Assembly (NCBI GenBank): GCA_965263035.1
Contig: OZ253580.1
Location: 5,984,001-6,048,000 of the forward strand
Source: Acidobacteriota bacterium
GTDB taxonomy: Bacteria; Acidobacteriota; UBA6911; RPQK01; JAJDTT01
Direction of reading: 5' to 3'
Length of the DNA stretch: 64,000 bases
Shown here: positions 8,481 through 18,921 of the stretch, in pieces
Position numbering within the stretch: position 1 is the stretch's first letter
Layout of the letters: the number at the start of each line of letters is the position of its first letter
Translations under genes and position numbers: made by a program
The notes under the pieces: generated by a model
What the model was told of the DNA's origin: nothing
Database searches by the model: none
Seen by the model: the letters and a program-made list of their open reading frames with translations, nothing else

Positions 8481-10945
8481 CTGCCCTATACCCACAAATA
8501 GTGCTGGACAAACAAGAATGCCTGTCGTAGTCTTCACGACATGGTAGTTCAGAACCAGATCAAGCGCACCTTGAGCCGAGAGTTGGATCGTTTGCACGCC
8601 GTGATGAGGCGGGAGAAGTTCGCCCACCGGACGGCGCTGGCGGACCGGGTCTGCTCGGAGTTTGGATTTCACGATGCCCGAGGGCGGGCGCAACGGAGCG
8701 GCTGCCTGAAGGCGCTCCGGGAGCTGGAGGCGGGCGGACGGATTCGTCTGCCGACGCCGCGACGGCGGGTGAACCATTGCGGGCCCCGAGGACTGGGCCG
8801 TGCGGTGCCGGAGCCGGTCGGGGTGCCCGAGACGGTGGACGGCGTGCGGGAGCTGGAGTTGATTCTGGTGGAGACGGGTCCGCAACGAGCGCTCTGGAAC
8901 GAGTTGATGGCGCGAGAGCATCCACGGGGCGCGGGGCCGTTGGTGGGTGCTCAACTACGCTATCTGGTGGGCTCGGCCCACGGCTGGCTGGGGGGCTTGG
9001 GGTTCGGGGCGGCGGCGTTGCGGTTGCGGGACCGGGACCGCTGGATCGGATGGGATGAGGAACAACGCCGGGCGCACCTGCACCGGGTGGTGGGGCTGAG
9101 CCGGTTTCTGATCCGTCCGTCAGTGAGGTGTCGTAATCTGGCCTCCCGGGTGCTGGGGGAGGTGTTGCGGCGGCTGGGTCCGGAGTTCCAGGCGCGCTAC
9201 GGCTACCGTCCCTGGCTGGTGGAGACCTTCGTGGAGACGGCTCGCCACGATGGGGCCAGTTTGCGCGCCACGAACTGGAGGGTTCTGGGGCAGACGCAGG
9301 GTCGAGGCCGGCAAGATCGGGCGCACCGGGGTGCGGAGACGAGCAAGGCGATCTATGGGTATGAGTTGTGCCGGGATTGGCGTCGGCGGTTGGGGGTGGG
9401 ACCGGCGCCGAGGCGGGGAGTGGAACCGATGTCGGAGGGCGAGGGACTGGAGGGAGAGGGCTGGGCTCAGCAGGAGTTGGGCGGGGCGCCGCTGGGAGAC
9501 CGGCGCTTGAGTCGGCGACTGGTGGAGAGTGCGCACCGTCAGGCGCAGGAGCCGGGGCGGGCGTTCACGGGAGTGGCGCGGGGCGATCCGGCGGCGGTCA
9601 AGGGATACTACCGGCTGATCGACCAGCCGGAAGCCTCGGCGGTGACGGTGTCCAACATCCTGGCCCCGCACCGGGAGCGGACCCGGCAGCGGATGCAGGG
9701 GCAGCGGACGGTGCTGTGCATCCAGGACGGGAGCGATCTGAACTTCACGCGGCACGGCCGGTGTGAGGGACTGGGGGTGATCGGGCGCAACCAGACGGGA
9801 GCGACGGCGCGGGGACTGCATCTGCACGCGACGCTGGTGGTGAGTGAGACGGGGCTGCCGCTGGGGGTGTTGCGGGCGAAGCTGGACGCGCCGAAGCCGG
9901 GACCGGTGGCCACGCGGAAAAAGAAGAAGACGTATCGCTGGATCGAGGGACTTCGGGACTGCGCCGAGGTGTCGCGGTCCCTCGACGGGGTGCGGGTGGT
10001 CAGCGTGGTGGACCGGGAGGCGGATTTTTTCGCACTGTTCGCCGAGCAACGAGCGTCTCCGGAGGTGGAGTTGCTGGTGCGTGCGAAGCAGGATCGGGTG
10101 CTGAAGCGGAAGACCCGGGCGAAGGCGGCCGGGAAAAGCGCGGATCCGGACCCGGAGCAGAAGCGGAAGCTGTTCGGGCGCCTGCGATCGGCGCCGGTGC
10201 GGGCCCGGATGCTGCTGGAGGTGAAGCGTCAGAGTGCGCGGATCAAGGCCAGCAAGCAGGCGGCCCGCCCGGGGCGGCTGGCGCGGGTGGCACGGATGGA
10301 ACTGCGCTACGAGACCCTGACGATTCCGGCGCCGCGCGGGAACCCAAGCGGCATCCCGTCGCTGAGACTGTCGGTGGTGCACGCGCGGGAGGTCGCGCCG
10401 CCGGCGCAGGGGAAGCGCCTGGAATGGTTCCTGCTCACCACCCTGCCGGTGACCGATGCCGAGACGGCGCAGCAACTGCTGAGATGGTATGCCCTGCGCT
10501 GGCGGGTGGAGGATTATTTCCGGGTGCTCAAGACCGGATGCCGGGTGCAACAGCTCCAGCACCAAACCGCCGAACGTCTGAAACGGGCCATCGCCATGCA
10601 CGCCGTCATCGCCTGGCGGATCATGCTGATGACGCTGCTGGGGCGAGAGGACCCGGACCTGCCGGCGCAATTGTTGTTCTCGGATCTGGAAATCCGGGTC
10701 CTGGGGGCGTTTGCCGCGTCGCGACGATACCCACCGCCGGAAGACCTGGGGGCGGCCGTGCTCGTGCTGGCCCGCCTGGGAGGATATCTGGCTCGTAAAC
10801 ACGACCCCCCACCCGGGCATCAACTGATGTGGCAGGGCTACGTCACGCTCTACGGCATGTGTCTGGGCTTCGCTTTACGAGAAGAAACATGAATGAAACC
10901 GGACCCAGGCTAATGTGCCCTGTGCAATATGTGGGTAAAGGGCAG
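8481..10945 (+). mobile_element. Complete IS4-family insertion sequence (2465 bp)
   Basis: TIRs CTGCCCTATACCCACA (8481) and TGTGGGTAAAGGGCAG (ending 10945); 8-bp TSD CCCTAGGC at 8473-8480 and 10946-10953. Confidence 0.95.
8541..10892 (+). CDS. IS4 (IS50-like) transposase with N-terminal DUF4338-like domain
   Basis: LGDRRLSRRL, IQDGSDLNF, VVDREADFF, YALRWRVEDYFRVLKTGC (YREK) and LGGY...DPPPG motifs; N-terminal GAQLRYLV...RFLIRPSV...LVETFV...NW...G.T.GRG domain. Confidence 0.92.
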   Translation: MVVQNQIKRTLSRELDRLHAVMRREKFAHRTALADRVCSEFGFHDARGRAQRSGCLKALRELEAGGRIRLPTPRRRVNHCGPRGLGRAVPEPVGVPETVDGVRELELILVETGPQRALWNELMAREHPRGAGPLVGAQLRYLVGSAHGWLGGLGFGAAALRLRDRDRWIGWDEEQRRAHLHRVVGLSRFLIRPSVRCRNLASRVLGEVLRRLGPEFQARYGYRPWLVETFVETARHDGASLRATNWRVLGQTQGRGRQDRAHRGAETSKAIYGYELCRDWRRRLGVGPAPRRGVEPMSEGEGLEGEGWAQQELGGAPLGDRRLSRRLVESAHRQAQEPGRAFTGVARGDPAAVKGYYRLIDQPEASAVTVSNILAPHRERTRQRMQGQRTVLCIQDGSDLNFTRHGRCEGLGVIGRNQTGATARGLHLHATLVVSETGLPLGVLRAKLDAPKPGPVATRKKKKTYRWIEGLRDCAEVSRSLDGVRVVSVVDREADFFALFAEQRASPEVELLVRAKQDRVLKRKTRAKAAGKSADPDPEQKRKLFGRLRSAPVRARMLLEVKRQSARIKASKQAARPGRLARVARMELRYETLTIPAPRGNPSGIPSLRLSVVHAREVAPPAQGKRLEWFLLTTLPVTDAETAQQLLRWYALRWRVEDYFRVLKTGCRVQQLQHQTAERLKRAIAMHAVIAWRIMLMTLLGREDPDLPAQLLFSDLEIRVLGAFAASRRYPPPEDLGAAVLVLARLGGYLARKHDPPPGHQLMWQGYVTLYGMCLGFALREET

Positions 10946-10953
10946 CCCTAGGC

Positions 10954-12771
10954 CTCTCCTACAATAATCTGACTGGGCCCATACCAGGGGAACTGGGCTC
11001 ACTCACCAACCTGGAAGGGCTATTTCTCTCCGACAATGACCTCACGGGTCCGATACCGGAGTCACTGGCCGGGCTGGAGAGCCTACAGGTAATGATCCTG
11101 TCGAGGAACGCCAGAATGTCTGGCGCATTGCCGACCCGCCTGACGAATCTTCGTCGGCTTGAGGAGCTTCTGGTCGGGGACACGGGCCTTTGCGCGCCAT
11201 CGGATGCCAAATTTAGAGACTGGCTGGACGATGTCTGGAAACAGCGTGTGGCACTCTGCAACGGTGGTGATCCACCGCAGGCGTATCTGACTCAGGCCGC
11301 ACAGTCTCAGGAATCCTCGGTTCCGCTAGTCGCAGGTGAGGATGCCCTGGTCAGGGTGTTCGTTACTGCTCCGGGCGAAACCGACCACTTTCTCCCTCCG
11401 GTACGGGTCCGATTCTATTTGAATGGGACGGAATCGTATGTTGCGGACATCCCACGGACAACCGCCCCCATATCGAGCGAGTTCAAGGAGGGAGATCTGG
11501 CCGCCTCCGCCAACGCCCTGATTCCTGGCCATGTGGTGCAGCCGGGGCTGGAGATGGTGATCGAGATCGACCCGCAAGGAACACTCGGTTTCAATTCAAG
11601 CGTGGCGAAGCGAATTCCGAAGAGGGGCGGCTTGAAGGTCGATGTTCGGGCAATGCCGGTATTTGACCTGGTTATAGTTCCCTTCCTGTGGAGTCCGGAC
11701 CCGGACTCGGCGGTCCTGGAATTGGTCACAGAGATGGCCCGGGATCCCGGCGGCCACTCACTGCTTCGGCTAACGCGCACGCTGCTGCCGATCGGCGAGT
11801 TGAGTGTGAGCGCCCACGAATCGGTGTTGACCAAGTCCAACAATGCCCGTGATCTGCTTCGTGAAACCGAAGCGATTCGAGTCATGGAAGGAGCGAGTGG
11901 CCACTATATGGGAACGATGACGGGCCAATTTCGCGGCGTTGACGGATTGGCCTTGACATATGGCTGGTCAATCTTCGCGAAGACTGATCGAGGAGATCGG
12001 TCCAAGTATGTTATCGCACACGAATTGGGGCACAACGTAGGCCTCCATCACCCGCCTGGGTGTGGTGCGAAAAATACTGATTTTTCCTATCCGCACCAAC
12101 TCGGGACCATCGGTGTATGGGGGTACGACTTCCACGGAAGTGGCCGCCTCGTGCCGCCGAATCGGCCCGATTTGATGTCCTATTGTGGGAGAACCAGCAA
12201 AATTTGGATCAGCGATTACCATTTCGCCAACGCGCTTCGTTTCCGCTTGCGGTCTGCCGTCACCGGCGGACCGTCGTCGTTGGTCGCCGCTCGATCGATC
12301 ACACTCATGGTGTGGGGTGGCACAGACGCAGGAGGATCTCCTTTCCTGGAGTCGGCGTTCGTCGTCGAGGCTCCGACGGTACTGCCCGGTTCCGCCGGAG
12401 ATTACGAACTCACTGGAAAAACCGCTGCCGGAGACGAACTGTTTTTCCTGAGATTTGACATGCCGGAGATAAGCGACAGCGACGGGGGATCCTCATTCGT
12501 CTTCGCTCTACCCATCCAGCCCGAGTGGGCCGACGAGTTGGCCGGCATCACACTGTCCGGCCCCGGCGGCGCGGTCACACTCGATAAGGAAACGGATCGG
12601 CCAACGACGATTCTGCGCAATCCGCGGACCGGGCAGATTCGCGGAATCCTGCGCGGCCTGTCCCCCCGCGACTTGTCCAGAGACGAAGCATTGGACGCGT
12701 TGTCATCAGACCCGCGGATGGAGATTCTGACCAGTAGCGGACTCCCGGACCCGGAAGATTGGACGAGATAG
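10954..12771 (+). pseudogene. 3' part of the LRR gene: LRRs plus M66-like metzincin protease domain
   Basis: After the TSD the frame reads LSYNNLTGPIPGELGSL, continuous with 5136-8480. HELGHNVGLHH zinc motif and DLMSY Met-turn. Confidence 0.88.
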
Positions 12772-12891
12772 AAGCGACAGATCATACGCCCAGGATCGGA
12801 CCTCAGCTTTATCGCCGCCACTGACCGAAATCACCCATGGTTTCGATCATCCCACCGCCTCCCGTTGGCTCAAGGGAAAGTGGAACACGAT

Positions 12892-13716
12892 CTATGGGCC
12901 AGAATTCCGGTCCCGGCGCCGGTCAACGAAGACAAGCATCAGGCAACCCAGCAGTCCCAGCCCCGTCAACACGGCGCCCAGCAAGACAGAAGCCGGGCGA
13001 TAAACGAACTCCAACTCGTGCTCGCCTTCCGGGACAAAGACGGCCCGTAGCGCCCCGTATGCACGGCAGAGCGTGGTCCGTTCACCATCGACATACACCT
13101 GCCATCCGGGGAAATGGGCATCCCCGAAGACCAGGTACGCCGCGCACGGCATTCGCGCCTGCGCCTTGACTCCATGAAGGGTCAACTCCTCGAACCTGAC
13201 CACGGCCTCTTGTCCGCAGCCTTCGGGTTGGGGCAGAGGACCTACCTCGTCAGCCACGATCGCTTCCGGGTCATGAAACGACCATGCTCGAGGAGAAGCA
13301 TCCGGGTTGCGAAAGACCTTCCACCCCGTGGAGCTTCTGAAGACTTCGACCGGCGATTCCCGGACCCTATCCCTGGAAACCGTGTACTAGGTGTTGAGCA
13401 TCAGCCGACGCCGGTCCCAGTCTCCCCTGAAGAAGTCGAGCATGTCCCGGCTGACCGAGGCCAGGTAACCATCGACCATCTCCAGCCCTTTCCAACCGCC
13501 GACATTCGGTTTTCGTCCCTTGGCCTCGATGTGGAATCGAAACGGCTTCGGCCTCGACTTGAGGTACTCGGCGACCTCGTCGAACTGCCCCAACTTAGGG
13601 CAGAACCTGGAATGCGACGTCCGGATTGTCCGCGATCGTGAACTGCTGACTGAGGCTGAGCCTCCAGAAGAAAAGAACGACCAGAATGAGGATAAGGGCG
13701 AGTGGAAACCGATCAA
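12892..13716 (-). pseudogene. YfhO-like membrane protein C-terminal fragment
   Basis: Two ORFs in the same frame separated by one TAG (13387-13389). Read-through gives VFRNPDASPRAW...DAHFPGWQVYVDG...RAVFVPEGEHELEFVYRP plus a TM helix. 5' part absent. Confidence 0.75.
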
Positions 13717-14018
13717 ATAAATCCGACTTCATGGCGCAATGCCCGGCGTCCCGACCAGCGGTAGCACTCATGGTCCCCGTAAATCAAGCCTGCTGCCGAT
13801 TCCACGACGACGCAAGCCACGGAAACAGGTAGGAGCGACGGTGAAGGCTGGAATTCCCCCACCCGTCAACTCGCGGCCGGTCCCCTTCCCTTCTCCAAGT
13901 CATCGGGCCCCGCTCTTCCATCCACCGTCCGGACTTCTTGCTCTCGGAACGACTTGCTATCTTGGATACGGGTCCGATTGCCGGTGTCCAGGTGCGGACA
14001 GATCGAGATTGGCGAGCC

Positions 14019-14720
14019 ATGCCGGGCAAACTGAGCGTCATCATTCCGGTCTACAACGAACGCAGCACGTTGGAGGAGGTGCTGGGCCGGGTCGCCCAAG
14101 CACCCATGGAAAAGGAGGTCATCGTCGTGGACGACGGCTCCGATGACGGGACCCGAGAGATCCTCCAACGTCTCTCGCAGGGCGCCGGCTCTTCGGATCG
14201 ACTCCGAATCTTCTTCCACGAACGCAACCGGGGAAAGGGAGCCGCGGTCCGGACCGGAATCGCGCAGGCCACCGGCGACTGGATCCTGATTCAGGACGCC
14301 GACCTGGAATACGACCCTCGGGATTATCCGATGCTCCTGGCCCCGCTCCTGGAGGGCCGCGCCGACGTGGTCTACGGCAGCCGCTTCTTGGCAGGCGCCC
14401 ACAGGACCCGGTATTTCCAGCACTACCTGGCGAACCGTTTCCTGACTTTCATGTCCAACCTGTTGACCAACCTGAACCTGTCGGACATGGAGACCGGCTA
14501 CAAGGTCTTCCGACGTCAGGTCCTGGACGGCATCCGGCTCCGGTCGAACCGCTTCGAGTTCGAACCCGAGATCACGGCCAAGGTGGCACGCAGAGGTTAC
14601 CGGATCTACGAGATTCCCATCTCCTACAACAGCCGCTCCTACCGGGAGGGCAAGAAAATCACCTGGGTCGATGGCCTCAAGGCACTGTGGGCCATATTTC
14701 GGTATCGATTTTTCGACTAG
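14019..14720 (+). CDS. Glycosyltransferase family 2 (DPM1-like)
   Basis: [49 protein letters not shown]; start placed at ATG 14019. Confidence 0.95.
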   Translation: MPGKLSVIIPVYNERSTLEEVLGRVAQAPMEKEVIVVDDGSDDGTREILQRLSQGAGSSDRLRIFFHERNRGKGAAVRTGIAQATGDWILIQDADLEYDPRDYPMLLAPLLEGRADVVYGSRFLAGAHRTRYFQHYLANRFLTFMSNLLTNLNLSDMETGYKVFRRQVLDGIRLRSNRFEFEPEITAKVARRGYRIYEIPISYNSRSYREGKKITWVDGLKALWAIFRYRFFD

Positions 14721-14778
14721 GAAACTCGCCCTCCACCCGGCTGGTCCCGGCCGCGGCGCGTCCTCCCACCCGACTCGC

Positions 14779-14806
14779 TGAGCCAATTCAGGCAAAAAAT
14801 ACACAT
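14779..14806 (+). promoter_or_regulatory. TGAGCC-N17-CACAT promoter-like motif
   Basis: TGAGCC aattcaggcaaaaaata CACAT; one of 7 copies with identical spacing. Confidence 0.65.
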
Positions 14807-14854
14807 TTGTCGATAAGGATGACGAGCCGCCAGATCTGGAGCAGGGAGGACGGA

Positions 14855-15442
14855 ATGTCTGGAAAACGCAGGGCAATCACGGGTTACGCTGCGATGCTAC
14901 TGCTCTCTTCGAGCTTACTCTCAGCTCGATCGAAAGCGCCGGAAGTCTTCGTTCACATGGGTACGTTCTCAGCCGGAAGCGACGAGGGAACAATCGGGAG
15001 GGCACCGAGTTTCGGCGGAGGGATTGCTATTCCCCTCAATCATCGAGTCGTCGCTGAGTTGGATATCCAGACAAGCCAAATCAGAAAGATTCGTTCTCCG
15101 GACAACTTTCGCATTCGCCGATACACACTCATCCTCCCCAACCTTTATTGCAGGTGGGGCGGAGTGCGGGCCTACGGGTTCGTGGGAGCAGGATTCGGAA
15201 CGGAGTTTTTCGACCGCATCAGTCGAACGGACAATATTGTTCCCGTACACACGCGTTTAGGCTGGCGGGAAATCAAGGCCCGGGTCTTTGAGCACAAATA
15301 TTCCACCCGGCGGACAATCTTGTTTGCACCCAGGGCCGGATTCGTTGCGTTTCCGATCCAAAGACTTGGGGTGCGGGTCGACTTCTATTTGGCCAACTGG
15401 CACATGGGCGCCAGAATCGGTGCGGTGTATCGATTCAAATGA
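14855..15442 (+). CDS. Outer-membrane beta-barrel-like hypothetical protein
   Basis: RBS GGAGG, signal peptide, alternating beta-strand pattern, C-terminal GAVYRF. Similar organisation to 50461-51222. Confidence 0.7.
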   Translation: MSGKRRAITGYAAMLLLSSSLLSARSKAPEVFVHMGTFSAGSDEGTIGRAPSFGGGIAIPLNHRVVAELDIQTSQIRKIRSPDNFRIRRYTLILPNLYCRWGGVRAYGFVGAGFGTEFFDRISRTDNIVPVHTRLGWREIKARVFEHKYSTRRTILFAPRAGFVAFPIQRLGVRVDFYLANWHMGARIGAVYRFK

Positions 15443-15613
15443 AAGTCTCGAGTATTTCCCACCGCCCCACAGAATTGCCTGGTTGAGACGCCAAGGCGCC
15501 CATGGAAAGAGAAGTCAACGGCCGGAAGGCCTTTTGGAGCGTATTCCGGTATCGAACATTGACTAGATCCCTTAACTGATCCTCGCCGACGAACCCCTTC
15601 CCAACCGACTCTT

Positions 15614-15641
15614 TGAGCCAGTTCGGGCAAAAAAATCGCAT
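15614..15641 (+). promoter_or_regulatory. TGAGCC-N17-CGCAT promoter-like motif
   Basis: TGAGCC agttcgggcaaaaaaat CGCAT upstream of the 15701 ORF. Confidence 0.6.
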
Positions 15642-15700
15642 CCATAGGTGCCTGCCTGCCCGGAGGAGGCGAGGCCGGCCGCCGGGCTGGAGGGAAGACT

Positions 15701-15961
15701 ATGGATAGCGGCGGAAACGAAACGCCAGGCTGGTTCAAGATCGTCGCCGGTGCCTGGATCGGCGTAGTTCTGATCGTGGCTTGGCGCTGGTTCGGGACCG
15801 CCTGGTACAGGATTCTGTGGTTCTTTACCTGGGTCTTGGAGCTGTTCCCGGGGCCGGGTCAGCAGCTCTACCTGTGGTGGCTGTCCGGCATCTTCCTAGT
15901 GGCGTTGATGCTCTGGGTGGTTCTGGCCGTGGCCTGGAGTTGGACTCGGGAAAGGGACTGA
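15701..15961 (+). CDS. Small Trp-rich membrane protein
   Basis: RBS GGAGGG; 2-3 hydrophobic helices; preceded by the shared promoter motif. Confidence 0.6.
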   Translation: MDSGGNETPGWFKIVAGAWIGVVLIVAWRWFGTAWYRILWFFTWVLELFPGPGQQLYLWWLSGIFLVALMLWVVLAVAWSWTRERD

Positions 15962-16183
15962 AAGAGTCTGGACTGGGACGAAATGACCAGACTCATTTGT
16001 TAAACAATAGCTTAAAAGAATTGGAAATAAGTTATTGTAAATAAATATTAAATATGAAGGACCGACCTTCCGTCCTTCGGCCTGTGATTGTGGATCCGGG
16101 GTCGAGAGCGACATCAGGCATCACCTCCTGCCCAGTAAGACTTCGTCAGCGCAGATTCAATAAGGGAGGGGATCGCCAGTCGG

Positions 16184-18799
16184 TTACTTGCGGCGCGTCC
16201 AGGTTTCGAAGTTCCAAAGCTCCGAATCCCAGGCGTTCATCCACACGCCCTCGATGTCTTTGGAGTGAGCCGAAATAAATCCGCGGTGAACCAGCGGCAG
16301 GATGGAGTAGCTCTGGATCAGCAGTTCGTTGAGCTCAACTGTAAGCTCGTCACGCCGTTGCGCATTTATCGTGCTCCGGAGTTCGGCATGGAGCCGATCA
16401 TATTCGTCCGATTGGAAGCGCTGGACGTTCGAACCATGGAACGAGTTGGACGCCCCGGCGATCTGGGACGTGACCCACGAACCCAGATAGCCCTCCGGGT
16501 CCGGAGCGGTCGCCCCGTTGGCGTACATCTGGACGTCGGCGTAGAACCGGCCCAAGGTATCGGGGTTGTCCGGGTCACCGCCGAAGAAATCCGACGGATC
16601 GATGTGCTTCAGCTCGGTCTCGACGCCGATTTCCGCCCACCAGCTCTTGATCTGCTCCTGGGTCGTCTGCCGCACCGAATTCGTCGAGGTCTGATACAGG
16701 ATCTTCAGCGGAACCCCTTCCCTCTCCCGCACGCCATCGCCGTCCGAATCCACTATCCCCGCGTCGTCGAGAATCTGGTTTGCGAGATCGATGTTCTGGG
16801 CGAGGCATTCGTCGTTGTTGGTCGAGGTCTGGGCTGGCGAACCGATCCAGACGTTGCACGTCAACCGGCCGGCCTCCCCATAACCGACCCGGACCAAGGT
16901 GTCGCGGTCGATGGCGAGGGACAGGGCCCTTCCCACGACCGGATCGGTCAGGAACGGGTGCGGGTTCGAACCGTCTGCGTACTCCGAGCGAAGCTCTCCC
17001 AGACCGGGGTCCGGGTTCGTCTGGTTGAGCATGAGGCGCTCGATCAACGTGGCGAACGCCGAGACGACGGTTCCGCCCCCGCCCTCGGCCAAGGAAGCGA
17101 GAACGTCCGGTTCGACCTGGAGATTCCAGGCATAGTCGGCTTCGTTGAGCTCCAGCACGGATCTCGCCGCCGCAACCGCGCTGTCGCCCCCCTTCAGCAT
17201 CACCTCCCCGAAATAGGGGACACCGTAATCGGCGCCGCGGTAGTGCGGATTGAACTCGTAGCGGACGGAGTCGCCGGTGCCGAAATCGGCCACGGCATAC
17301 GGGCCGGTGCCGATGGGCCGCTCGTTCGCATCCGTACATCCGATCGCCGCCACGCCCAGGCAGTCAGCGAACTGCGAGGCCTGGAGGATCGGACTGAAGA
17401 AGGACACGAACGGGGCATACGGGAACGAGGTCGGCGCATCGAACGTTATGGTGACGGTCCGATCGTCGACGGCATCCACGGAGGACACGTTCGCAAAGAC
17501 CTTTGTCTGGACGCAGCCGGCGTCCGGCGCGGTGCAGTATTGCCAGGTGAACACGACGTCGCCGGCTTTGAGGGGCGTGCCGTCGGACCAGACGACATCC
17601 TCGCGGAGGGTCCAGGTGATCCGGGTTCGGTCGGCGGAGATGCCTTGGTTCGCGAGCGTCGGGATCCGCGTCGCCAGAACCGGGACCAATTCGCCGTTGG
17701 GGTTGTACTCGGCCAACGGCTCGATGACCAGCGATGCCGCCTCGGCATCCTTGTTGCCCGACGAAAGATACGGGTTGAGGATGGTCGGCGCCTGCCAATA
17801 ACGGAGCGTCGCAGTTCCACCCTGGCCTGCAAGATCCAGGTAGTAGCCGGCGCCGATCAGGATCGGCAGCCCGTAGGAAACCACCCGCTTGACGAAGGCG
17901 ACCTTCCGGCGCTTCGTCTGAGTGGCGGGATTGAGGGATCTGTAATAGAGGAAAGTCTCGCCGAAAGCCTGCGCCACACTCAGGTCGTCCCGGTCGCTGA
18001 GTGACGTCAACTCGGAATCGGAGTAGGACCACTCTTCAAGCGACGAGTCCCCGCTGAAGAGCGTCTTGCCGTGCCGGTCCAGACCGAAGACGTAGATCGA
18101 CTTGTGTGTCCATCGCGGGTCGGCGGACAGTGAGATGGCGGCGAAGAACCCGTTCGCTTCCAGCTCCAGCGCAGCGCAACGGACGAACTCCTGAAGTTTG
18201 TCTGCAGAAGGATCGTCGGACAAACCCATGGCGTTGACGTCTTCCGGGCTGCAGGTGCCGGGGAGATCGGGCCGATAGATCCCGGCGCCGATCGCGGCCG
18301 GAGTCCCGTCCCAATCGATGGACTTGAAATACGAAGCCTTAGGGTCTTTGTTGCCCGTCGCCGGGTTGGTGGTGGAATAGTAGAGCCAGCCGTCGCCGTA
18401 ACCTTTCACGATCCGATGCAATTCCACGGAGTAATCGTGTCCGAAGATGTCCACGAGCGGACCCCACTCGGCCCCTTCCTGTGCGGGGTCAGGGGGAAAG
18501 ACGAGGGCTTGAGACAGCGCCGGGTCGGGCGCTATATCGGAGACGACGACGTAGATTTCGCCGCTGCTCCAGCGGGCATCCTCATGGAACGCCCGCCGAG
18601 CCTCCTCGTAGCCCATTTCCTGGACGTACTCGTAGGCGCATTGAACGAACGCCTGAACGTCCTCCATGGTGCGGATGGCGTCGGCCACGACGGACTTGTC
18701 CGAACAGGGCAGAGGTTCGGCAGAGACATCAATCAGAACGGCGAACAGGACAATCAAGGGAAAGAGTAACGGGGCGGTAGCTTTTCTGATCACCTGCAT
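16184..18799 (-). CDS. Tandem Cache-domain / peptide ABC substrate-binding (family 5) fusion
   Basis: Signal peptide; two Cache-like repeats (IYVVV..., GWLYY...NPATG...K.SYFK..., IGAGIY/IGAGYY); then SBP_bac_5 motifs (LNPYLSSG, WSDGTP, IGTGPY, ALSLAIDR). Confidence 0.85.
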   Translation of the reverse strand: MQVIRKATAPLLFPLIVLFAVLIDVSAEPLPCSDKSVVADAIRTMEDVQAFVQCAYEYVQEMGYEEARRAFHEDARWSSGEIYVVVSDIAPDPALSQALVFPPDPAQEGAEWGPLVDIFGHDYSVELHRIVKGYGDGWLYYSTTNPATGNKDPKASYFKSIDWDGTPAAIGAGIYRPDLPGTCSPEDVNAMGLSDDPSADKLQEFVRCAALELEANGFFAAISLSADPRWTHKSIYVFGLDRHGKTLFSGDSSLEEWSYSDSELTSLSDRDDLSVAQAFGETFLYYRSLNPATQTKRRKVAFVKRVVSYGLPILIGAGYYLDLAGQGGTATLRYWQAPTILNPYLSSGNKDAEAASLVIEPLAEYNPNGELVPVLATRIPTLANQGISADRTRITWTLREDVVWSDGTPLKAGDVVFTWQYCTAPDAGCVQTKVFANVSSVDAVDDRTVTITFDAPTSFPYAPFVSFFSPILQASQFADCLGVAAIGCTDANERPIGTGPYAVADFGTGDSVRYEFNPHYRGADYGVPYFGEVMLKGGDSAVAAARSVLELNEADYAWNLQVEPDVLASLAEGGGGTVVSAFATLIERLMLNQTNPDPGLGELRSEYADGSNPHPFLTDPVVGRALSLAIDRDTLVRVGYGEAGRLTCNVWIGSPAQTSTNNDECLAQNIDLANQILDDAGIVDSDGDGVREREGVPLKILYQTSTNSVRQTTQEQIKSWWAEIGVETELKHIDPSDFFGGDPDNPDTLGRFYADVQMYANGATAPDPEGYLGSWVTSQIAGASNSFHGSNVQRFQSDEYDRLHAELRSTINAQRRDELTVELNELLIQSYSILPLVHRGFISAHSKDIEGVWMNAWDSELWNFETWTRRK

Positions 18800-18921
18800 G
18801 ACAGATTACCATGCGTAGATGTGTTACCAACATTGCCGTTCTCTGGAAAATCTCCCACTCCTACAGCTACGATTGGATGGGGGCCGCGCCGGACGGCACG
18901 CTCACGAAGGGAGCCCGAATC

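Noticed and set aside
16265-18004. Long antisense ORFs (also 9120-10823, 18790-20769, 26177-27619, 27916-29310, 57586-58836)
   Set aside because: Shadow frames of well-supported genes, expected in GC-rich DNA.
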